DNA from: Giardia intestinalis
Lineage: Eukaryota
Length of the DNA stretch: 64,000 nucleotides
Assembly: GCA_000002435.2 (NCBI GenBank)
Contig: CM018790.1
Strand: one strand, 5' to 3'
The notes beneath the pieces were generated by a model that was given only the letters and a program-made list of their open reading frames with translations, was not told the DNA's origin and did not search any database. Both the position numbers and the translations under genes were made by a program. Shown here piece by piece: positions 9,946 through 20,100 of this stretch; position 1 is the first letter of the stretch; each line of letters opens with the position of its first letter.

Positions 9946-11647
9946 CACCAGCAGAGGAACCCGACAAGCCCTCCGACGACGACGATCACGGCGACGGAGA
10001 TCCCCGCGATGGCACCCGTGGAGAGGCCGCTCCTATTACTGCCAGAGGACACACACCTGCCACCCTCCAGACTGTACCCATCACTGCACTCCCCACACAC
10101 ACCGTCCATCACACAGCTCTTGCAGTTGGTGTCAGAGCACAGCACACACCCAGTGCCATCCCTGTTGGGCTTCTTACCACTGTCACAAGAGGTACATATA
10201 GCGGGGGCCATGCCAGCTGTTGTTAGAGCTGTCGGGGCTGTGCACTGAGAGCAGCCATCCACCCCCACGTATGCCTTCTGACCAGCCAGCTCGACCCCAA
10301 GGGGGTTCCCACAGGAGAGGACAGACTGCTTGTCCTTGGTGGGCGAGGGAGGGATGAAGTACCCGCTGCCGCCTCTGTGCAGACACCCTCGCCTGCCTTT
10401 GTGCACATATGACTACCAGGTTGAGTTGACACACTATAGCAGCCTCCCATGTACAAGAAGTATCCTGTAGTACATGATGTACATGTATGATTGTTACAGT
10501 TATTCTCCTCTTTCTTTTCATTCCCAACACATAGTCCATTAATGGGGAACTCACTGTCCTTTCCACAGTATGAACAGTAGTGATGCTCCTTCCCTGTGTT
10601 GTCGATCACTATTGCATCGCAGGCTCCAGAAGTACCACCACAAGCCGTGGGGTCTTCACAAGTCTTCTCACACGTGACCGCTCCTCCAGCCCCTACCTTC
10701 TTTTGGTAGTTCACCTTACAAGAGTCACAAGTAAACGAGCCAGAGAGGGTGCACGTTGCACAGCCGGGCACTCCATCTGTCGGATCGTCGCATGGGACGC
10801 ACTTCTTGGTCCCGTCATTCTTTAAGAAAAACCCTGGCTTGCACTTTTCACAGGTATCTATAGCGCCTCCTGGCCCGCACTTTCCGCAATCGCCAGCGCA
10901 CGCAACGCATACGGCGGGGTTACCGTTCCCGCTGTCGTAGTAGCCATCGAGGCACGTCTTGCATTCTGGCTTAGCGCCGTTCTTGCTGCAGGTCCCGCAA
11001 CCGGGGCTTCCCTTGTTATTATCTGTCTTGCTGCTATCGTTGCTACATAGTATGCATTCGGCATCTCCGTCGCTCAAGAAGTTCTCACCAGTTGCTCCGC
11101 TTTGAGTGCAGGTGCCGGCGTCTATACACGTAGTCGTCCCGTCGGCCTCTTCCTTGACTATCTTAGCTCCATTACATGCCGTGCACTTTGGGCCCCCAGT
11201 TGCCGGGTTGTACTCACACGTGGTGCAATCAGTTATTGCAGACGCCTTGCAGGTCATTGTCACAGGGTCAGCATAAGTGTTTCCAGTGCATCCATCACTA
11301 TTCACGCATGCATTATCCTTCAGGAACGTATTTCCCTTACAAGAGGTACACTGGGTCTCTGTAGTCTCACAGGTCAGACAGGACTGATCACACTTCTCAC
11401 ATGTCTGAGCGTTCTTATAGTATCCATCTCTGCAGGTATCACACGTGGCCGCTCCTGGACTACCACTTGGTGCCGTACATGTGGCGCAGTTAGCCACCCC
11501 TGTATATCCATCTGCCCCATTGACATCATGACAGAGGATGCACTCGCTACCCTTCTCTGGTGTTGCATCAGGGTTCTTGAACAGGCCGTTAGCTGTGTTA
11601 CAAGTAGTGCATACTCCTCCCTCAGCCTGTGTGCATATGTCACTCCA
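9921..11647 (-). pseudogene. VSP: Variant-specific surface protein (VSP) gene, 5'-truncated (no start codon or signal peptide) and frameshifted. The 3' end is intact with the canonical ...[10 protein letters not shown] tail.
   Basis: ORF 9921..10406(-) ends [27 protein letters not shown]. ORF 10223..11497(-) in another frame is a classic CXXC-rich VSP body including YFLYMGGCYS and CTKAGEGVCTEAAAG. The two frames overlap by about 180 nt, with a 1-nt indel near 10345-10355. The body frame stays open upstream to 11647 (WSDICTQAEGGVCTTCNTANG...) with no ATG and meets an in-frame TAG at 11648-11650. Confidence 0.75.
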
Positions 11648-11684
11648 CTATCACCTTCTATCACACACTATAGAGCATTCACTA

Positions 11685-11715
11685 CCTAAGTCACGCCTTC
11701 CCTCTGCAAATGAAC
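11685..11715 (-). repeat. 31-nt conserved VSP 3'-end element (copy 2).
   Basis: Identical to 9915..9945. It is followed on the minus strand by AGTGAAT (AGTRAAY; plus strand 11677-11683). Confidence 0.9.
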
Positions 11716-12281
11716 TCTACAAGACCACTTGCAACAACGATCACAGCCACAGAAATACCTGTAATAGTACTAGTAGAAGCACGCTTCTGTTGACACTAAA
11801 AGACACGCACTTTTTATCATCATCTAGAACAAATCGTCGTTACACTCTGTACATGTATCGCCAAGACATGACTTGCAGTTGGGAAGATTGCAGCTAGCAG
11901 GCACATCCACACAGGTGTTCGGAGCCGATCCATCGCCATGTGGGCAGTCATCGTAGTACTCGCCCTTGTAGAGGTAGGTGCTCCCTTGCACGATTGCCAC
12001 GTCTCAACCAACGCCCTGACCCTAACCTGAGTGCAGGCCTCGAGGGACCCAACCGTCTCACATTTTTCGTGTGCACAGGTGGCCAGGTGGTTCTCGTCTG
12101 GCTGACAATCCACTGTGAGTGTGTTCAGCACGAATAGGAATACTAACAGCAAGATTGTAATGTAGATTGGATTGTGTGTGGACTGATAGCAGTGACTCGA
12201 CGGGCTCCTTCCTCTACTAAGATTTCCGTGCAGAGGATTGTCATCAGGGAGGAGCCCTAATACGTGCGATAGTAAACACAC
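11691..12281 (-). pseudogene. VSP: Degenerate VSP remnant with a signal-peptide-like start, frame-broken Cys-rich fragments, and a TM helix shortened by deletion before ...FICRGKA*.
   Basis: ORF 11820..12281(-) encodes a hydrophobic leader ...IYITILLLVFLFVLNTLTVDCQPDENHLATCAHEKCE. A second frame encodes ...YKGEYYDDCPHGDGSAPNTCVDVPASCNLPNCKSCLGDTCTECNDDLF*. The 3' part reads [21 protein letters not shown] and lacks the CWWF segment of the intact motif. Its own AGTGAAT poly(A) signal follows. Confidence 0.6.
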
Positions 12282-12419
12282 CTACCGCTGCAACCCAGTT
12301 GGTCGTCATACAACAGGGTTCTAAAGACGCTGGTACTGTGAGTAGAGCTCTTGTGCAGTGAGGGTAACGATGCTGCTGCACTACTAGTTTACTCACAATC
12401 GCTTAAAAAACTCTGACTC

Positions 12420-14453
12420 ATGACCAAGCATAAGAAGGCATCTTCGAGTAAGCCAGCCGAGAAGCTGGTCATCACAATAAGTACTAAGACCACTATAAGG
12501 CCTACAGTAGATGCGTCGCCTGAAAATCCTATCCTCGTTGACTCTGACCGAAACACAGTTCTCCCCTTTCTAAATCACCGGGCAATCCCTCCTGACGGGA
12601 AACCATACACCCAAAGACTTGCACGATCAGGATATGTTCCCCAGCAAAAGCATTTTGCGTTTCTTACGGCGGTTATTGAAAAGCGGAATGCAACGATGGC
12701 TGCGGGGATCATTTCCTCTGTAGTCATTCAGCAGGCCATCAGTTACATCCAGAAGCACATCAACGAAGCATTTCCCTTCCTTTCGTTGCAGCTGCAACCG
12801 TATGGGGGAGCCGTCAATGGAATCAGTACAGACGGCGGGGACATTGACTCTACTCTGGTTGTGGATAACTGTGACAGGGCAGAGCAGGTTGCTGCAGAGT
12901 ATTTCTGGTCCTTTTTACAGGAACAGGCCAGAGACAGGCTCCATGACAATCCGGTGGCTGAGGTAGATTTTCTAGATAGAGCGTTCACAGAAAGGTTTCC
13001 GTTCCTCAGATTTGATGCATCTAGCTACTATAGAGGGGTTACGCCTAGCAAGGACATCATGACAGAGTACTCACTATTCTGCCCGTCTCGCTGCCTTAGT
13101 GATGCAGCGTGTATTAGGGATCCGTCCCAGCCTATCAATGTCATGGATCTTTTTCCAGATGCTACGGCGCCGTCTGGAGAGATGGTCCATTTTATTCTCA
13201 AGCGTGCACGTTGGCAGGACATTATTATTCTGGGAAGATTGGCGGCCTCCTTCAACGCCTTTGAAGTCTCATCCTTCATAACCCGCAGCAGGATTCCCGT
13301 CCTGAAGATAAGCCTCAAATACTCTAAGAGATTATGCCAAGTTGTCTCTGCCGCGGAAACAAATGCTAAGATTGAACAGGGCCTTCTACCATCGTACTAT
13401 GCTGATCTCCCCATGAATCGTTCCGTGCAGTTCATCGTACCAGAAGGTGAAGAGAAGATAAACACTCATATAGATAGCGATATGATGCTACTAAATGTGG
13501 ACATCTGCCTCAATAATAGGCTAGCAATTCGTAATACGCTGCTACTAGCAGAGTACCTTAGAGCAGATCCGGTTGTATCGCCGCTGATACGGTGCGTCAA
13601 GAGTTGGGCGTCTGCAAGAGGTCTGTGCAATACCTGGCAAGGTGGACTGTCGTCCTACGGCTTTGTGCTGCTTGTGATCTTTTATCTCCAAATCCTTCAG
13701 ACTCCAATTCTACCGGTTCTCCAGCCTGGTCTTGGATGGGGACCCGTGGTCAGGGGCTGTGACACAGGCTTCCTTTCTGTAGAAGATGCATGGTGTCGGC
13801 GGTCTCTTATGACTGGCTTCTCCCAGCAAAAACCTGCACCGCGCAAGCCTACAATTTCAGAGCTTCTTTGTGGGTTCTTCCGTTTCTATGGATATCAGTT
13901 TGATAGTACCGACTCGGTTGTGTCTATCCGCTTGGGTCGGGCGCTCTCCAAACAAGAGAAAGGATGGGATGAGAATTCCAACGCTCAGCGCAGCCAGCGT
14001 CACGGAGAATGCTTCGATCATGCAGAGACTCATGAAAGCGTGAGAGCAGCAGATGTTCTCCGGGTATTTAGATACCCCCCAGAGGTCCCGGACGCAGAAG
14101 TGTCCCAGCACATATACACGAAAGATGGTCAGTTCTTTTATATGTGCATAGAAGACCCCTTTGAGACACATATCAATGTGGGTCGTCTTCTGGATCTTAA
14201 AACAACCGAGCTATTGGGGAAAGAGTTCAGACGTGGATATGCGCTGCTTCGGAAAACGGAGAAGCCGCTGGATCGTCTATTTCTTTCAAGCACCATCGAT
14301 CCCCCAGGCGGTAGCGATGTTCCTCTGAGTGATCTTTTACGGATGGCATCGAAATCTGCACTTCAACCTACACATGTCAAGATCGAGGTGGCTAAGAATA
14401 AAACCTTCGAATTTGTTGATACGGCACCTGTGCATTCTGATATACATGATTGA
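12420..14453 (+). CDS. Non-canonical poly(A) polymerase / terminal uridylyltransferase of the Cid1/GLD-2/Trf4 family, 677 aa.
   Basis: Pol-beta nucleotidyltransferase signature PYGGAVNGISTDGGDIDSTLVV (GS...DxD). PAP-associated domain motif VKSWASARGLCNTWQGGLSSYGFVLLVIFYLQ. Confidence 0.7.
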   Translation: MTKHKKASSSKPAEKLVITISTKTTIRPTVDASPENPILVDSDRNTVLPFLNHRAIPPDGKPYTQRLARSGYVPQQKHFAFLTAVIEKRNATMAAGIISSVVIQQAISYIQKHINEAFPFLSLQLQPYGGAVNGISTDGGDIDSTLVVDNCDRAEQVAAEYFWSFLQEQARDRLHDNPVAEVDFLDRAFTERFPFLRFDASSYYRGVTPSKDIMTEYSLFCPSRCLSDAACIRDPSQPINVMDLFPDATAPSGEMVHFILKRARWQDIIILGRLAASFNAFEVSSFITRSRIPVLKISLKYSKRLCQVVSAAETNAKIEQGLLPSYYADLPMNRSVQFIVPEGEEKINTHIDSDMMLLNVDICLNNRLAIRNTLLLAEYLRADPVVSPLIRCVKSWASARGLCNTWQGGLSSYGFVLLVIFYLQILQTPILPVLQPGLGWGPVVRGCDTGFLSVEDAWCRRSLMTGFSQQKPAPRKPTISELLCGFFRFYGYQFDSTDSVVSIRLGRALSKQEKGWDENSNAQRSQRHGECFDHAETHESVRAADVLRVFRYPPEVPDAEVSQHIYTKDGQFFYMCIEDPFETHINVGRLLDLKTTELLGKEFRRGYALLRKTEKPLDRLFLSSTIDPPGGSDVPLSDLLRMASKSALQPTHVKIEVAKNKTFEFVDTAPVHSDIHD

Positions 14454-15261
14454 TACGAAGGCTGCAACCGACCCATCATCTGTCTGCTTGATGATTCACG
14501 GGCTGTTCGGATCTGCAGCCCTTTTTCGGCAGAAGACCGGAGCAATCCGCAAACTCTGCAAAAAGCTTCTTTACACATACGTAGATGCACCGCTGCTTGC
14601 TGACTCAGACGCTGAAAAAGATAGCAAAGCGAAGGATGGCTCTGCTACCTCTTCGGCGGTATATGCGTGGTTCAGGCACACCTCGGCTGACTTGCCGGTG
14701 TCTGCGCAGCCTTCTTTGTGTAGCTCCACTGCTTGCTGGACATGTAGACCAGTTGCTGTGTATGACTTCAAGCTAGGACTCAATCATTTTAGGGCAGTGA
14801 CAGCCGAAACTAATCCGGCGTGTATTTTGTGTTTCTCGCAAGGGGCCACAGTTGCTTTAACCGCGATCTTACTGGATTTATTAGATGCATGGGAAGGAAG
14901 GAATGACGCGGCTGGACATTTGGCAAGCGTGAAGAGCATTATCCTAGCATCCCCATGGGTTCCGCATCCTTGCCAATTCAACTCATGCGATGAGCCCCAG
15001 CAGGGAAATCCGGTCACAGATGTCCTTACTCGCGTAGCACGCTCCGAAATGGGCCGTGAAGCTGATCTGCAACTACCGTTTCGAGTTCTAGTGATCTATG
15101 GTAGTGCGGACCCTGTCACTCCTCCCTCAGGAATCGCGTATCTCCGCTCTATCTGTCCGTTCTTCAGGTACGTCGAACATCCTAACGGACACCTCATACC
15201 AACGACAGAGCCCGTGCGGACGGCGCTCCGGGACGAATTCGAGAACGCAGCGGCCTTGTGA
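14446..15261 (+). CDS. FSH1/OVCA2-family serine hydrolase (alpha/beta hydrolase, DUF341-like). Its ATG overlaps the stop of the upstream nucleotidyltransferase gene by 8 nt.
   Basis: CLMIHGLFGSAALFRQKTGAIRKLCKKL...YVDAP resembles the FSH1 N-terminus. Nucleophile-elbow region ILCFSQGATVA (GFSQGA in FSH1). C-terminal HPNGHLIP matches the catalytic His region. The ORF finder start at 14329 lies inside the upstream gene, and the first in-frame ATG after that is 14446. Confidence 0.6.
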   Translation: MIDTKAATDPSSVCLMIHGLFGSAALFRQKTGAIRKLCKKLLYTYVDAPLLADSDAEKDSKAKDGSATSSAVYAWFRHTSADLPVSAQPSLCSSTACWTCRPVAVYDFKLGLNHFRAVTAETNPACILCFSQGATVALTAILLDLLDAWEGRNDAAGHLASVKSIILASPWVPHPCQFNSCDEPQQGNPVTDVLTRVARSEMGREADLQLPFRVLVIYGSADPVTPPSGIAYLRSICPFFRYVEHPNGHLIPTTEPVRTALRDEFENAAAL

Positions 15262-15270
15262 ATGACCCTT

Positions 15271-15277
15271 ATTTACT
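15271..15277 (-). terminator. AGTAAAT poly(A) signal 8 nt after the RPS11 TAG (minus strand). It lies 10-16 nt downstream of the FSH1 stop on the opposite strand.
   Basis: Minus strand reads TAGgcagcactAGTAAATaagg. Confidence 0.55.
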
Positions 15278-15285
15278 AGTGCTGC

Positions 15286-15885
15286 CTAGAAGGGCGAGAA
15301 GCGCTTCTTGGCGGCCTCGCTGACAGGCTCGACCTTGATAACATTGAATCTGATCGTCTTCGACAGGGGGCGGCACTCACCAATGGTGACGATGTCTCCC
15401 TCCTTGACGCGGAAGCACGGCGAAAGGTGTGCAGCGACGTGCTTGTGGCGACGCTCGTAGCGCTTGTATTTCTGAACAAAGTGGAGATAGTCGCGACGGA
15501 CGATGATAGAGCGCTGCATCTTCGCGGAGTGCACGACCCCGCGGAGAATGCGTCCGCGGATGGAGACGTTGCCGGTGAAGGGGCACTTCTTGTCGATGTA
15601 GGTCCCGTTGATCGCCGTTATGGGTGTGTGATAGCCCATGCCGATGGACTTGTAGAAGCGGAGGCATCGCGCGTTGTCCTTTCTAAGGAAGCGCCCCTGG
15701 AAGATCTGGGATTGCTTGTGATACGCTCGCTCGTGCTGGTTCTCAGCCATCTCGTAAGCAGCCTTGCGCAGAGTCTCGGCTCTCTCAAGGGCTCTTCTCT
15801 CGCGGTCTGGATCCGGCCTAAGCGGGTGTCTCCCGCCAACCTTCGCGCCTGCGTTGCTCTGCTGCTTGTCCTTCGTCGCTGACAT
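15286..15885 (-). CDS. RPS11: 40S ribosomal protein S11 (uS17). Start chosen at MSATKDKQQ..., which gives a roughly 45-aa N-terminal extension. The alternative start [10 protein letters not shown] at 15750 gives a canonical roughly 156-aa protein.
   Basis: [43 protein letters not shown]...[30 protein letters not shown]...[17 protein letters not shown] matches eukaryotic RPS11 almost motif-for-motif. The AT-rich stretch 15905-15945 upstream of the 15885 ATG argues against the longer ORF-finder start at 15984. Confidence 0.88.
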   Translation of the reverse strand: MSATKDKQQSNAGAKVGGRHPLRPDPDRERRALERAETLRKAAYEMAENQHERAYHKQSQIFQGRFLRKDNARCLRFYKSIGMGYHTPITAINGTYIDKKCPFTGNVSIRGRILRGVVHSAKMQRSIIVRRDYLHFVQKYKRYERRHKHVAAHLSPCFRVKEGDIVTIGECRPLSKTIRFNVIKVEPVSEAAKKRFSPF

Positions 15886-16005
15886 CCCAGAGGGACTTTT
15901 GGTGGGATGTAATTCCAAATTAAAATAGTTTGCTGCTTCATATGAGATGCACGTCACACGGAACGGACAGAGCCAGACAGCCAAACAGATTGATTTACAA
16001 GATAG

Positions 16006-17019
16006 CTAATATTTAATACGTTTGGAGGGGGGCTGGACGAGAGGCATTATCGCTTCATCGTGCAGAGTTGCAGACCCGGAACGTATGAAGCAATGAAGAG
16101 CCTGGCCGCACTTTTGGACGGCGCTGATGTTCTGACCAGAAACAGCTTTGAGGTCGTCTAGAAACTTTAGAAGCTTTGTTTTAAGAGATGCATTCTTCAC
16201 ATTCACGCAAGCAGCTAGATAGATGGCCGCGCATGCTTGCACGGAAGGTGAGAATTGCAGGAAAACTGGATTACTCAGTATTAGATGAAGGTAGTTCATA
16301 ACGTCTTTGCAAAATCGAGGGAACGAGTCCATGGGGCCAGGGCTACCTCCCCACGGATCTGGCCGCAAGTAGTTGAAATCTGAGTTCGGCGGGGAATCTT
16401 TTTCACCTTGAGGCGAGTATGGAGGGCAATGCTGATTCAACCCTATCTGAAAGCAGGTCTGCATCAACATCATTAAACAGTCTTCAGCAAAGGTTAGTGA
16501 CGTAGGGACAAACACTTCCCATTCTAGCGCCCGAAGGATTTTTGCCTCTAGGTCTATGAGAAGATTGGAGCTAACTTTGCACATCTGTATGAAAAGGGGG
16601 ATGCACGATTTTTCTCCCTCAACTTTCACTGCAATGTTGAAGCACATCATGGCAACAAATATGTACGCAGTGTTGTTGCAGCGTAAGGCTGCCGCCGAGA
16701 GCTCTCGGTCGTCTTTGATTGAATAGACCGTCGAAAAGTAGCGGTCCATGAGGGAAGTTGCTCGAACTACTGCAGAGAGAGGCAAGCGCTTACTCAGGGC
16801 AATCTCAGTAAACCACTCTATAAGGATCGTCCTGTCGTTCTCGGTGAAGGCTCCAAACTGACATTCCGTGAAATAGAAGCTGTGAGGTTTATACCGCTGC
16901 TCTCTCTCGATCATCTGCCGCAGCCAGTCAAACGTTACGTCAGTATTGTACGAATGCACGTTGCGTTCAAAGGCGAGGAACGAGGCCAAGTAGGTTTGGG
17001 AGACCGTTTCGCGAATCAT
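16006..17019 (-). CDS. Cyclin (cyclin-box protein, A/B-like), 337 aa.
   Basis: Cyclin-box signature DRTILIEWFTEIALSKRLPLSAVVRATSLMDRYFS (compare MRAILIDWLVEVHEEYKL...ETLYL...DRFLS), followed by a second helical fold region. Confidence 0.7.
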   Translation of the reverse strand: MIRETVSQTYLASFLAFERNVHSYNTDVTFDWLRQMIEREQRYKPHSFYFTECQFGAFTENDRTILIEWFTEIALSKRLPLSAVVRATSLMDRYFSTVYSIKDDRELSAAALRCNNTAYIFVAMMCFNIAVKVEGEKSCIPLFIQMCKVSSNLLIDLEAKILRALEWEVFVPTSLTFAEDCLMMLMQTCFQIGLNQHCPPYSPQGEKDSPPNSDFNYLRPDPWGGSPGPMDSFPRFCKDVMNYLHLILSNPVFLQFSPSVQACAAIYLAACVNVKNASLKTKLLKFLDDLKAVSGQNISAVQKCGQALHCFIRSGSATLHDEAIMPLVQPPSKRIKY

Positions 17020-17184
17020 GTATTTTTATTCCTTTTGGCCATGAAATCTTGAAACAGGCAAACCAGATACCCAGGGAAACGGAAACATTTACTCATCTGG
17101 GTCCTGCCCAACAACTAATTACATTGCTTTGCGGAAGCAAAGCATCTCATCAGCATCCTCTCCGAAGATTAATAATTGTTATTA

Positions 17185-20100
17185 ATGAGCGGGTACTTCA
17201 CAGATCTCCAAAATGCGGAGGTTTTGCGAGCAGCTGAATCGATAGTAAGCTCTGGACAGGCTGTGCTTCTATGTGGCCCTTCAGCCTCTGGCCGAACAGC
17301 TCTGCTGTCACATCTTGCATCTAAGCTTGGCGCAAAGCCACCCATCCCCCTACACCTTACTACTGCGCAAGATACCCGTGACCTAATTGGATCTTATGTT
17401 ATGACAAACAAACCGGGGGATTTTCGCTTTATTCTTGGCCCCCTTGCTTATGCCGCTCAATCAGGCCGCTGGATTAGTATAGAGGAGATCACAACCATTT
17501 CACAAGACTCCTTACTTCTCCTTTCATCTGTTGTTAACACCAGGACACTTTCTGTAGGATCATACCAGATTTCTGTGCATCCAGACTTCAGGATTCACGC
17601 CAAGACCAGTGCTGACCCAGCTCTCCTCAGCACGATCGTTAAAAGCATGTTTTATCCCCTTGTTCTGCCTCCTCTTGGCAACCACTTATTTCAAGTGCTT
17701 ACAAAGCATTGCAACAGGGGTATTTGTACCATATTGGCACACATTCACGTCCAGTTTGAAACGCACAGGTTAACAGCAGGGCGGATTTCAGCCAGCGATA
17801 TGGTCAAATGGGCTCGGAGAATCGACCTTGATCTCAAAAACGGGGGTGCTGTGTTGAACAAGGCCGTCCAAGAGGCCTCGGCAGGCACTGCTGCCACGAC
17901 TCTAGTATCATGGCTTGACGATAATACGCGTATGGTTATGATTAAGAATGCATGGGAGGCGTTTGTCCTTAGGTACTCCAAGGAGCAGACCCGGAGGGCC
18001 TTTCTTGATATACTCCGACTCTCTCTCAATATCCACGAGGAATTGATGCTATCAACGCTACTGAAAATAAAAGTCGATATTCGCCACGACTATACGCAGA
18101 AGCGACTTGTCTGTGGGCGCGTATCTCTTCCTTTCTATGAATCTCCAGACGAGCGCTCTCTTGATGATATCTGTAGAACAAACCACACGACAAGATTGCT
18201 AGAAATCATATCATCTGCTATTAGAAACAACGAGCCTCTCCTACTGGTGGGGCCCACCGGAATAGGCAAGACCACGTGTCTGCAAGTCATAGCGCGAGCC
18301 TTGGGAAAGAAGCTACACGTTGTCAACATGTCGAGTCAAACAGATGCAGCAGACCTTCTAGGAGGCTATGTGCCCGCCACCTTGGATCGCATCTTGAGGA
18401 ACCTCTATGATGCCATCACAGGCAGTCTTGGGCTCTACATTTCTGTCAGAAAAAACCAGATCTTTGTTACGGAGCTTCACAAGTCATACGCAGAAAAGGA
18501 TATAGCAAAATTCCTAGCTAACTGTGAAACCGCGTTATCCGGAATGAGACAAGTTCTCAGAAAGGAGGTCGGGGAGGTGGTGGAACAGGGCTCTACTGAA
18601 CAGCGAGTGTCACACGATAAAAAATATGCCAGAAGAGGTACATATGAGAACTCTCTCTATTTTCTGCAGTCTCTGGGAGATACCCTAGAGCAGGCAACTG
18701 AATTGCACAAGATCCTCTGTCACGAGGTAGAAACTAAGAAGCCGACCATGGCCTTTAAGTACCAAGAAGGTCTCCTTGTGCAGGCGCTCGTGAAAGGCGA
18801 CTGGATTCTTATAGATGAGATCAATCTTGCGAGCTACGATCTGCTTGATGTGATCTCTCAGCTGGTCAATCCTGAGCACAACGAGATTGCAATCCCAGAC
18901 AAAGGATTTGTAGCAAAGAACCCTCACTTCAGAGTCTTTGCAGCCATGAATCCGGGGAGCGATGTGGGGAAGAAGGACCTGCCACCGACCATTCGCCGTT
19001 GCTTTACAGAAATAAACGTTAGCGAAATGTCTGATGACGTGGACATTGTTGCTCTTACCAAGTCGTATCTGCGAATGGATGATGCAATGATAGAGGATCG
19101 TCAGGGTCTCGACCCTAATGTCGTTTATCAGCTTTTCACCGTGCTGAAGGCCAGGGCGAAGACAGATCTGGTCACCGCCGCCGAGGCCAAGTCTCCTTGC
19201 TTCAGTCTACGTTCTCTGTGCCGCGCTCTCAGCTTTGCGCATCGATTCCGTGCAGCTGCAGGACTTCGCCGCTCCATGTACGAAGGATTCATGCTAGCAT
19301 TTGGATCAATGCTCAATGAAAAGAGTAGACAAGCAGTGCATGCGTTGATTCTTGATAAGCTACTTAATGGAAACAAAGAATACCTGCTAAATCCATTCAT
19401 CATACAACCATTTAATAAGCCATGCACCGCTATGATCTTCCAAGCCACCACAAAGGACGAAGCCGTCACCGTGGAATATCAAGAGCCACAGGCTGCTCAC
19501 GGGTTTCTTGAGGAAGAGAAATCCCGGGCTCGAAGCACTGACTATGTGCTGACAAAATCAACCAGATCATACATGACGACAATCTCTAGGGCCATCGCTG
19601 CCCAACTTCCAATCCTTCTGGAAGGTACGACATCGTCGGGGAAGACAAGCCTCATCAAGCACATTGCCAAGCAGTTTGGCTGTCCCATTACGCGCATTAA
19701 TAACCATGAACATACAGACCTCTCGGAGTACTTTGGGTCCTACCAGCCAGATCCGCTGACGGGTCAGCTTGTTTTCAAAGATGGGCCTCTCGTGACTGGG
19801 ATGAAGCAGGGTCACTGGGTCATTCTGGACGAACTTAACATGGCGTCTTCGGAGATTCTTGAGGCCCTTAACAGGCTTCTAGATGACAATAGGGAGCTTT
19901 TGGTTCCTGACACACAGGAGATCGTTCGGCCTGCCCCTGGCTTTCTCTTATTTGCAACTCAAAATCCATCCGGATCATATGCGGGGCGAAAGATGTTGTC
20001 TGAAGCCTTTCAGAATCGCTTTATCATGATAGAGTTTGCTGATATATCAACAGAGGAGCTGAAAGAGATCCTAATCAATAGAAGTACAAGCCGTCACCTT

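Noticed and set aside
10183-10566. 127-aa minus-strand ORF and the plus-strand ORFs 9852..10226 and 9901..10248 inside the VSP region.
   Set aside because: Alternative-frame or antisense readings of the Cys-codon-rich VSP sequence. They have no CXXC periodicity and no independent start context.
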